Shown here: positions 9,282 to 17,214 of the stretch, in pieces | How positions within the stretch are numbered: position 1 is the stretch's first letter | How the letters are laid out: every line of letters begins with the position of its first letter | Assembly (NCBI GenBank): GCA_024277065.1 | Contig: JAJRVY010000272.1 | Span: 6,767-70,766, forward strand | Length of the DNA: 64,000 nt | Reading direction: 5' to 3' | Origin: Planctomycetota bacterium | GTDB lineage: Bacteria > Planctomycetota > JAJSAM01 > JAJVHW01 | Made by a program: the position numbers and the translations under genes | The notes under the pieces: model-generated | Told to the model about the DNA's origin: nothing | The model's database searches: none | Seen by the model: only the letters and a program-made list of their open reading frames with translations

Positions 9282-10219
9282 TGCCCGTCTTCGAACAGGG
9301 CTATCGGCCGTTCGAAGGCGAGCTCGCGCGGCGCTCCCCCGTCCCGGCCGCCGTCTGGCACAACGTGCGCACGCGGCTGCGCTGGTGGATCTGGGTACTC
9401 ACGGCGGGGCTCCTGATGTATCCGTATGTCGTCTGGGGTGTGGCCGTCTTCCTGTTCACGGCCGGCCAGGCGCTGTTCGGCATCACGCCGCCCGGCGGCA
9501 TGGCGACCGTCCCACGCTTCGCCTACGAATCGGCCGGCGACCCCGACCCGACGAAGTTGCTGGCGATGCTCACTGCGAGTTCACCACGCGGAGCCCTCGC
9601 CCTCTACTGGACGATCCTCGAGCAGGCGTCGCTCGCGGCCATCGTGCTCCCGGCGGTCGCCTGCGGGGGCATCCTGGCCTCGGATCGCGCCACAGGTGCG
9701 ATGCAGATCTACTTCGCGCGCCCGGTCACGCGCTTCCAGTACCTGCTCTCGAAGATCCTCACCGTGTCGTGCTTCACGGCGCTCGTGACCTCCCTGCCCA
9801 CACTGTTCATCTGGGGCGAGACCGTGGCCTTCCACCCGGATGGAGACTTCCTGCTGCGCACGTGGATGGCGCCACTGTCCATCATCGGCGCGGGTCTCTT
9901 CTACGCGCTGTGGTCGTCGTCCATCGTGCTTGCTCTGTCGAGCGTGTTGCGACGCCCGGCACTGGCCTCGATCTGCGCCATCTTCGGCTACTTCCTGCTG
10001 CGCTACATCGGCTTCCTGGTGTCGAGCAGCCTGGACGACAAGACCTGGCGCCTGCTCGATCCGCACTACGCACTGGGCGGCATCGTCGCGCCGCTGTTCG
10101 GTCTCGAGCTCCCGGACTGGCTGGCAACGCCCTGGCTGCCGGTGCCATCGCTCCTCGTGCCGCTCGCCCTGCTGTTCTTCGTGTGGACCCGCGTCCGGGC
10201 CGTCGAGGTGACGACGTGA
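9281..10219 (+). CDS. ABC-2 type transporter permease (6 TM).
   Basis: TGATG stop/start overlap with the upstream ATPase. Multiple hydrophobic helices. Confidence 0.7.
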   Translation: MPVFEQGYRPFEGELARRSPVPAAVWHNVRTRLRWWIWVLTAGLLMYPYVVWGVAVFLFTAGQALFGITPPGGMATVPRFAYESAGDPDPTKLLAMLTASSPRGALALYWTILEQASLAAIVLPAVACGGILASDRATGAMQIYFARPVTRFQYLLSKILTVSCFTALVTSLPTLFIWGETVAFHPDGDFLLRTWMAPLSIIGAGLFYALWSSSIVLALSSVLRRPALASICAIFGYFLLRYIGFLVSSSLDDKTWRLLDPHYALGGIVAPLFGLELPDWLATPWLPVPSLLVPLALLFFVWTRVRAVEVTT

Positions 10220-11184
10220 GCGAGCAGGCGCGCCCACCGGTCATCCACGTCGAACGCCTCACGAGGTCGTACGGCGCGGTCGTGGCGATCAACGACATCT
10301 CCCTCGACGTCGCCGGGGGCGTGATCGGCCTGCTCGGCCCCAACGGCGCGGGCAAGTCCACGCTGCTGAAGACGCTGACGGGGGAGCTGCGGCCGGGCAT
10401 GGGCGACGTCACGGTGCTCGGCATGGCGCCCTTCGCCAACCCGGACCTGTACGCGCGCATCGGGATCTGCCCGGAGCAGGACGCGCTGTTCGAGGACATG
10501 ACGGCGCGCGAATTCATGTCGTTCCTGCTGCGGTTGCGCGGGCTCGAGAGCCGCGTCGCGCGCGACCGCGCGGACGCGTGGATCGAGCGCATGGGCCTCA
10601 CGGACGCGCGCAACCGACGCCTGCGCGGCTTCTCGAAGGGCATGCGCCAGCGCACGAAGCTGTGTACGGCGTTCGCCCACGAGCCGGAACTGCTGTTCCT
10701 CGACGAGCCGCTGACAGGGCTCGACCCGCTCTGGCGCCACCACGTGCAGGAGCTGGTGCGCGAGCGGGCGCGGGCGGGGGCGACCGTGCTGTTCTCGTCG
10801 CACGTCCTGCACGAGGTCGAGCAGGTGACGCACGAGGTCGTGCTGCTGCACCGCGGCCGCGTCGCCGCGCAGGGGGACGCGCGCGAGATCCGCGCGCTGA
10901 TCGACCGCGTGCCGCACCGCGTCGAGGTGCTCGCGACGCGTCCACGACACGTGGCCGTCATGCTCGCCGGCTGGGAGTGCGTCGAGAGCGTCCGCGTGCA
11001 CGAGGCGGGCGTGGACGTCACGACCCCGCGCCCCGACCTCTTCTACGCGTTGCTCACGGAGGCGTGCGCGGACGACGACCTCGGCGTGCAGGGTCTCAGC
11101 AGTCCCGACGACAGCCTGCAGGCACTGTTCGACACGCTCGTGAACGCGCGGCCCGAACGCACGCGGCGGAGGGCCGCGTCATGA
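10216..11184 (+). CDS. ABC transporter ATP-binding protein (second ABC-2 ATPase).
   Basis: GTGA start overlaps the permease stop. Walker A GPNGAGKST, signature FSKGMRQRT and LLFLDEP. Confidence 0.85.
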   Translation: MSEQARPPVIHVERLTRSYGAVVAINDISLDVAGGVIGLLGPNGAGKSTLLKTLTGELRPGMGDVTVLGMAPFANPDLYARIGICPEQDALFEDMTAREFMSFLLRLRGLESRVARDRADAWIERMGLTDARNRRLRGFSKGMRQRTKLCTAFAHEPELLFLDEPLTGLDPLWRHHVQELVRERARAGATVLFSSHVLHEVEQVTHEVVLLHRGRVAAQGDAREIRALIDRVPHRVEVLATRPRHVAVMLAGWECVESVRVHEAGVDVTTPRPDLFYALLTEACADDDLGVQGLSSPDDSLQALFDTLVNARPERTRRRAAS

Positions 11185-12050
11185 GCGCGGGGCACGCGAG
11201 CGGCTCCTCGCAGCCCCCGGAGTCCTCGGGGGCGGTGGGGGCGGCGCCCCCACCGCTGCGCCGGCTCGACGCCGTCGAGAGCGTCTATCAGGTCACTCTG
11301 CTGACGCTGCGGCGCACACTGCGCGGCAAGCGCATGCTCTGGATCGCAGCCCTCCTGGCGTTGCCGTGCATCCTGGCATGGTCGGTCGCGCGCGGTCTCG
11401 ATCCCGAACGCCAGGAGAGGTTCTTCTACGAGACGCTGGTCTTCTACCAGTTCGGGATCGCGGTGCCGTCCGTGGCGCTGCTGATGGCCACGGCGTTCCC
11501 CTGGCCCGAGAGCGACGAGGGTTCGCTGACCTACTGGTTCACGGCGCCGGTGCGGCGCTGGACCGTGCACCTCGGCCGCACGCTGGCCTCTCTCGCCATC
11601 GGCGCCATCGTCCTGCCCGTCGCCGTGCTCGCGCTGGCGCTGCCGCTCGATCCCGGCGACAGCGTCGAGCTCGCGGGGCCCGTGCGCACGGCGGTGACGG
11701 CGACGCTGCTCGCGTTCCCGGCCTACCTCGCGGTGTTCTCCTTGCTGTGCACGTGGCTGCGGCGAGGACTCATCGGCGGCGTGTTCCTGATCCTCGTCGA
11801 GAACTCGCTGTCGCTCGTCACCGGCAACCTCGCGAAACTGACCGTCGTGTACTACGTACGCTCGATCCTGTGGCCGGCCACGTCACTGCTCGGGCGCCGC
11901 GTCCTCGAGAACGCGGCGCGCATCGACGACCCGGCGTCGTCCGCGACCGCCATCACGGTCTTCGTCGCCGTGACGATCGTCGCCCTCGGCATCGCGATGG
12001 TGCTCGTCGAGGTGCTGGAGTACCGCGGCAAGCACGCCCAGCCGGGTTAG
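11181..12050 (+). CDS. ABC-2 type transporter permease (second).
   Basis: ATGA overlap with the upstream ATPase. Hydrophobic multi-TM protein. Confidence 0.65.
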   Translation: MSAGHASGSSQPPESSGAVGAAPPPLRRLDAVESVYQVTLLTLRRTLRGKRMLWIAALLALPCILAWSVARGLDPERQERFFYETLVFYQFGIAVPSVALLMATAFPWPESDEGSLTYWFTAPVRRWTVHLGRTLASLAIGAIVLPVAVLALALPLDPGDSVELAGPVRTAVTATLLAFPAYLAVFSLLCTWLRRGLIGGVFLILVENSLSLVTGNLAKLTVVYYVRSILWPATSLLGRRVLENAARIDDPASSATAITVFVAVTIVALGIAMVLVEVLEYRGKHAQPG

Positions 12051-12117
12051 CCTGCGCGGGTGCGGCGGCCGGCCTCGGAGCCGGGCCGCGGCAGGGACAT
12101 GCCCGGGAGACGCGAAC

Positions 12118-13536
12118 GTGGAGAGCGAACAGAGCCCGCCCCCGATTCCCCTCACGCCCCTGCGCATCGATCGCAGCGTGCGCAGGCGCCGCCGCACGTG
12201 GCTGCGGTGGACGATCGTGCTCGTCCTGCTGCTCGCCGTCGTCGCCGTGATCGCCGGGCCGCTGCGCAGCACGCTCTTCCCGCTGCGCGTCACGACCGCC
12301 GTGGTCACACGCTTGGCGGCGACCCAGGGCGCCGTGCGCACGACCGCCAGCGGCTATGTCCTCGCGCGGCACCGGGCGGCGATCTCCAGCCGGCTCTCGG
12401 GGCGGCTCGAGACGCTGCTCGTCGATGTCGGGGACCACGTCGAGAAGGACCAGCTCCTGGGGCGCCTGGGCCAGGCGGATCTGGTCGCGGCCGTGGCGGA
12501 AGCGCAGGCGGCCCTCGCGCAGGCGCGCCTCGAGGTGCCGGTGCTCGAGCGCCGCATCGACGTCGCCGTGGCGGCGGTGGCGACCACGAAGGGACGACTC
12601 GGGCAGATCGAGGCCGCGGTCGGTACGGCGCGCGACCGCCTCACCGAGGCCGAGCGCGTCGTGGCACTCGAGGAGCGTCTCGTGGAGACGGGCAGCTCGT
12701 CGCAGGACGCGGTGGACGCGAGCCGCGCGGACCGCGACATCCGGGCCACCGAGCTACGCGTGGCGACGGCAGCCGTGGGGGCCGCCCGCGCCGAGGTCGC
12801 CGAACGGCAGCAGGACGTCGGTGTCCTGCGCGCGCAGATCGAGTCGGCCCGCGCCGGCGTGCAGGCCGCCGAAGCGGCGCTGACGCGCGCCGAGGCGCTG
12901 CGCGCGGACGCCGACATCAGGGCCCCGTTCGCCGGCGTCGTGCTCCGCAAGGAAGCCGAGATCGGCGAGATGGTCTCCCCTGTCAACGCCGCGGGCAGCA
13001 CGACACGCGGCGCCATCGTGACCATCGCCGACTTCGCCTCGCTGGAGATGGAAGTGGACGTCATCGAGCGCGACATCGGCGAGGTCGCCGAGGGCATGCC
13101 CTGTCGCATCGTCCTCGACGCGCGTGACGGCCCGTACGCCGGACACGTGCGCCAGGTCGTGCCCACCGCCGATCGCACACGCGGCACGGTTCAGGTGAAG
13201 GTCGCCTTCGATGCGCTGGACGATCGCGTGCTCCCGGAGATGAGCGGGCGCGTCGAGTTCCTCGCGATGGGCGCGGAGGATGTCGTGCTCGGGGCGGACC
13301 GCGTTCTTGTCGATGAGCGCGCGCTGGTCGCAGTACCGGACTCCTGGCAGGTGTGGGTGGTGCGCGACGGAAGCGTGCACCGCACGCACGTGGAACTCGT
13401 GAGCGGCGAGGCACCGAGCGGCAAGCGCGAGGTCGCAAGCGGGCTGCGCGGCGGCGAGGAAGTCGTGCTCTCCCCGTCCACGGACCTCACCGACGGCGCG
13501 GCCGTCACGGCGCAACCCGCGGGAGACGCACCCTGA
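12118..13536 (+). CDS. HlyD/MacA-family periplasmic adaptor (membrane fusion protein).
   Basis: N-terminal TM anchor, long coiled-coil region, and a lipoyl/beta-barrel C-terminal half (..IRAPFAGVV..). Confidence 0.8.
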   Translation: MESEQSPPPIPLTPLRIDRSVRRRRRTWLRWTIVLVLLLAVVAVIAGPLRSTLFPLRVTTAVVTRLAATQGAVRTTASGYVLARHRAAISSRLSGRLETLLVDVGDHVEKDQLLGRLGQADLVAAVAEAQAALAQARLEVPVLERRIDVAVAAVATTKGRLGQIEAAVGTARDRLTEAERVVALEERLVETGSSSQDAVDASRADRDIRATELRVATAAVGAARAEVAERQQDVGVLRAQIESARAGVQAAEAALTRAEALRADADIRAPFAGVVLRKEAEIGEMVSPVNAAGSTTRGAIVTIADFASLEMEVDVIERDIGEVAEGMPCRIVLDARDGPYAGHVRQVVPTADRTRGTVQVKVAFDALDDRVLPEMSGRVEFLAMGAEDVVLGADRVLVDERALVAVPDSWQVWVVRDGSVHRTHVELVSGEAPSGKREVASGLRGGEEVVLSPSTDLTDGAAVTAQPAGDAP

Positions 13537-14222
13537 TGCTGATCGAGGCCCGGGGCGTCGTGAAGACGTACACGCGTGGCGATCAGGAGCTCTGCGTGCT
13601 CGACGACCTGGATCTGGACGTCGGCGACGGCGAATGGGTGGCGCTGATGGGCCCCAGCTGCAGCGGCAAGACGACGCTGCTCAACCTGATCGGCGGACTC
13701 GATGTTCCGGACGCCGGCTCCATCCGCGCGGGCGGGGACGAGATCGTGGGCCGCAGCGCGGCGGACCTGGCGGCGTGGCGCGCGCGGCACGTCGGGTTCA
13801 TCTTCCAACTCTACAACCTGCTGCCGGTCCTGACCGCGTGGCAGAACGTCGAGTTGCCGCTCCTGCTCGCGCCGCTCACGCGCCGCGAGCGGCGCGAGCA
13901 CGTCGATGTCGCGCTCTCCGTGGTCGGGCTCGCCGACCGCACCGAGCACTTCCCGTCGCAGCTCTCGGGCGGACAGCAGCAGCGCGTGGCGATCGCGCGC
14001 GCCATCGCCACGGACCCCAGCTTCCTCTTGGCCGACGAGCCGACGGGCGACCTCGACGCGAAGAGCGCCGAGGAGATCCTGGGCCTGCTCGGCCGCCTCC
14101 ACACGGACTTCGGCAAGGCCATCGTGATGGTCACGCACGACCCCCACGCCGCGCGCTACGCCGACCGGCTGGTGCACCTCGACAAGGGACGCATCGCGAC
14201 ATCCGAGGCGCTGCGCTCGTGA
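13536..14222 (+). CDS. MacB/LolD-type ABC ATPase.
   Basis: TGATG overlap with the adaptor gene. [23 protein letters not shown] and LLADEPTG motifs. Confidence 0.85.
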   Translation: MLIEARGVVKTYTRGDQELCVLDDLDLDVGDGEWVALMGPSCSGKTTLLNLIGGLDVPDAGSIRAGGDEIVGRSAADLAAWRARHVGFIFQLYNLLPVLTAWQNVELPLLLAPLTRRERREHVDVALSVVGLADRTEHFPSQLSGGQQQRVAIARAIATDPSFLLADEPTGDLDAKSAEEILGLLGRLHTDFGKAIVMVTHDPHAARYADRLVHLDKGRIATSEALRS

Positions 14223-15382
14223 CGCCCTGGCGGCTGCTTTTAGCACATCTGCGACGGGCCTGGTTCCGCGTGGCGTTGACGGCGGGCGGCGTGGCGCTCG
14301 CCGTCTTCCTGCTCGCGTCACTGCGAACGTTCGTGACGAGCCTCGACGAGACGGTGAAGGCATCCGGCAGCAACCGCGTGATCGTGTCGAGCGCCGTGTC
14401 GCTGTTCGTGTTCCTACCGAGCAGGATCGAGCCCGAGCTGCGCTCGCTGCCGGGTGTCCGGGAGGTGACGCACTGGACGTGGTTCGGCGGCGTGTACGTG
14501 GATCCGAAGAACATGTTCGGCCGCTTCGCGACGGATCCCAACACGTTGCGCAACGTCTACGGCGACCGCTCCCCGAACGACGAGGAGATCGTCCTCACGG
14601 CCGACGAGTGGGACGCCTTCGCGGCCGATCGCGCCGGCTGCGTCGTCGGCGACGGGATCGCCGAGCAGTACGGCTTCCGCGTCGGGGACCAGATCGAACT
14701 GACGGGAACGCTCTTCGAGGGCGACTGGACGTTCAACGTCCGCGGCATCTACCACTCGGGCAGCGCGCAGGTGGACAACGCAACGATGTTCTTCCAGTGG
14801 GAGTACCTCGACGAGAAGTCCGGGCGACGCGGCGAGGTGAGCACGTACACCGTCGATCTGGAGCCCGGCGCGGACCTCGCCGCGATCAGCCGCGCGATCG
14901 ACGCGCGCTTCGAGTCCTCGGACCATCGCACGCGCACGCTGACCGAGGCGGCCTTCAACCAGATGTTCGTCTCGATGTGGGGCAACGTGCCCGTACTGCT
15001 CTCGATGATCGGCGGCGCGGTGCTGTTCGCGGCGTTCATGATCGCGCTGAACACGATGCTCCTGCACGGGCAGGAACGCCGGCTGGAGATCGGCGTGCTC
15101 GAGGCCCTGGGCTTCCCCAGCAGGGTCGTCGCCACGCTGTTCGTCGCCGAAGGCGTCATCGTCTGCGGTCTCGGCGGCCTGGTCGGCGTGGCGGGCGCGC
15201 ACCTGCTCTTCAACACGTTCGGCGTGCCCGCTCTGGAGCGCTTCTTCCCGGCGTTCCGCATCCTGCCCGAGACCGAACTGCTGGCGCTGCTCGTGGCCCT
15301 CGCGGTGGGCGCGGTCAGCGGGGCGATCCCCGCCTGGGTGGCGGTGCGCACGACCGTCGTGGACGCTCTGGCGAAACGCTGA
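14219..15382 (+). CDS. FtsX-like ABC permease (MacB-type, large periplasmic loop).
   Basis: GTGA overlap with the ATPase gene. N-terminal TM, large extracytoplasmic domain and three C-terminal TM helices. Confidence 0.8.
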   Translation: MTPWRLLLAHLRRAWFRVALTAGGVALAVFLLASLRTFVTSLDETVKASGSNRVIVSSAVSLFVFLPSRIEPELRSLPGVREVTHWTWFGGVYVDPKNMFGRFATDPNTLRNVYGDRSPNDEEIVLTADEWDAFAADRAGCVVGDGIAEQYGFRVGDQIELTGTLFEGDWTFNVRGIYHSGSAQVDNATMFFQWEYLDEKSGRRGEVSTYTVDLEPGADLAAISRAIDARFESSDHRTRTLTEAAFNQMFVSMWGNVPVLLSMIGGAVLFAAFMIALNTMLLHGQERRLEIGVLEALGFPSRVVATLFVAEGVIVCGLGGLVGVAGAHLLFNTFGVPALERFFPAFRILPETELLALLVALAVGAVSGAIPAWVAVRTTVVDALAKR

Positions 15383-16548
15383 TGCCGGTCCCCCTCCGCT
15401 ACAACCTGCGCAGTCTGGTCGTGAGGCGAGCCGGCACCCTTCTGAGCATCGCCTCGATCGGGCTGTCCGTCGCCGTGCTGGTCCTCGTGCTCGCGCTGGC
15501 CCGGGGCTTCGAACTGTCACTGGTCGGAACCGGCACCGACGGCAATCTCATCGTGCTGCGCAAGAGCGCCACGAGCGAGGGCGAGAGCGGCCTGCAGCGC
15601 TGGCAGTTCCGGGCGCTCTCGGCGTTCCCGGGCATCGCCGTCGGCGAGACGGGCGCGCCGCTGGCCGCCGCAGAGGTCTACGCGGCGCTCAACCTCGACA
15701 AGTCCGGCGGCGGCAGCGCGAACTTCCCGCTGCGCGGCGTCATGCTCAGCTCGTTTCGCATCCGCGACACCGCGCGCGTGGTCGCCGGCCGGCGCTTCAC
15801 GCCCGGCACGCGCGAGGTCGTCGTCGGCAAGGCGCTGCTGGGGCGCATCGACGGCTGCCGCCTGGGCGGCGCGCTCCAGCTCCAAGGGCAGGACTGGCCG
15901 GTCGTGGGCGTGATCGACTCGGGCGGCAGCGCCTACGACTCGGAGATCTGGTGCGACGTCGAGGTGTTCATGCAGGAGCTCGATCGACCGGTCTACGGCA
16001 TCGCGATCCTGCGCGTCGATGCGCAGATCGAGGGCGGCGCAGGCGCGCTGGCGACGTCCATCGAGGACGACCCGCGCTTCGACGCGAAGGTCATGACGGA
16101 GCCCGCCTACTTCGCCGCGCAGGCCGGCACGCTCGGAGAGGTGCTGCTCTTCACGGGGTACTTCATCGCCGGGATCATGGCCGTGGGCGCCGCGTTCGGA
16201 ACGGCGGTGACGCTGCTCGCTTCGCTCGCGCGGCGCACGCACGAGGTCGGCACGCTGCTGGCCGTCGGCTTCCGGCCACGCGAGATCCTCGCCGGTTTCC
16301 TCGTGGAGTCCCTCGTCCTCGGACTCGCCGGCGGCGTCGTCGGCGTGCTGATCGCGCTGCCGGTCAACGGTGTCGCCACGGGCACGATGAACTGGGACAC
16401 CTTCACCGAACAGGCGTTCGCATTCCGGATCACGCCCGGCGTCGTGATGCGGGCGGTCACGTTCAGCACGATCGTCGGCGTCCTCAGCGGCGTCGTCCCG
16501 GCGTGGAAGGCCGCCGGCCTCCCGCCCAGCGAAGCGCTGCGGCGCTGA
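15382..16548 (+). CDS. FtsX-like ABC permease (second copy).
   Basis: TGATG overlap. Same architecture as the previous gene. Confidence 0.8.
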   Translation: MPVPLRYNLRSLVVRRAGTLLSIASIGLSVAVLVLVLALARGFELSLVGTGTDGNLIVLRKSATSEGESGLQRWQFRALSAFPGIAVGETGAPLAAAEVYAALNLDKSGGGSANFPLRGVMLSSFRIRDTARVVAGRRFTPGTREVVVGKALLGRIDGCRLGGALQLQGQDWPVVGVIDSGGSAYDSEIWCDVEVFMQELDRPVYGIAILRVDAQIEGGAGALATSIEDDPRFDAKVMTEPAYFAAQAGTLGEVLLFTGYFIAGIMAVGAAFGTAVTLLASLARRTHEVGTLLAVGFRPREILAGFLVESLVLGLAGGVVGVLIALPVNGVATGTMNWDTFTEQAFAFRITPGVVMRAVTFSTIVGVLSGVVPAWKAAGLPPSEALRR

Positions 16549-16757
16549 ACCGCGTGTCCAGCGGAATGGACACGCCCGGCGCGCCGATGTCGCGCGATGC
16601 AGTCTCGCGCCGCCGAAATCCCGGAACGGGGGATAAGGATCCGCCTCGCCCGGAGCCGATCCCGGAAACACCCGGCGTCAGCGGCCCCGGCGAGCGAGCG
16701 ACGCTCGGCACGGCCCGCTGATTGCAGGGCAGTTGACTGCAACCCCCGGAGGTTCCG

Positions 16758-16910
16758 ATGTCATCGGTCGTGCGAAGTTGGCTGAGAGCGTGGTGCACCG
16801 GCTGTGAGAAGAAACAGGTCTTCGTACTCCAGCCCGGATGGGTGCTCGTCTGCTCGGAGTGCGGCCACGAGAAGCGCCTCGACAAGAGCGGCCTCATCCC
16901 ACAGCAGTAG
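16758..16910 (+). CDS. Small zinc-ribbon protein (50 aa, CxxC...CxxC). Not in the ORF track because it is under 60 aa.
   Basis: GGAGG 6 nt upstream of the ATG. Sequence MSSVVRSWLRAWCTGCEKKQVFVLQPGWVLVCSECGHEKRLDKSGLIPQQ. About 80 % G/C at third positions. Confidence 0.45.
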   Translation: MSSVVRSWLRAWCTGCEKKQVFVLQPGWVLVCSECGHEKRLDKSGLIPQQ

Positions 16911-17214
16911 CCGCTGGCTCGCGCGGGCAACGGCCGCAACGAACGGGCTCGACGGCGGCCACCCGGTGCTGCGCGGCCGACGCCACTCGTGAGTGCGCTC
17001 TCCCGGGCCACGCCGCGAGGGGCTTCACGTCCTGGTCCACCGCCGCGCAGCGGCCGCTGGTCCACCGTCCGAGGCGGCTCGGCGCGCCTCACACGGCCCC
17101 CGCGAGACCGTGGCCGCGGCCGTGGCCGGCGGCTTCTTGACAGGAAGCCACTCATGGAGTAGGGCCATAGGGGCCGTCGCGCAAGAAGGACGGTCCAGGC
17201 AACGGAGGCGAACG

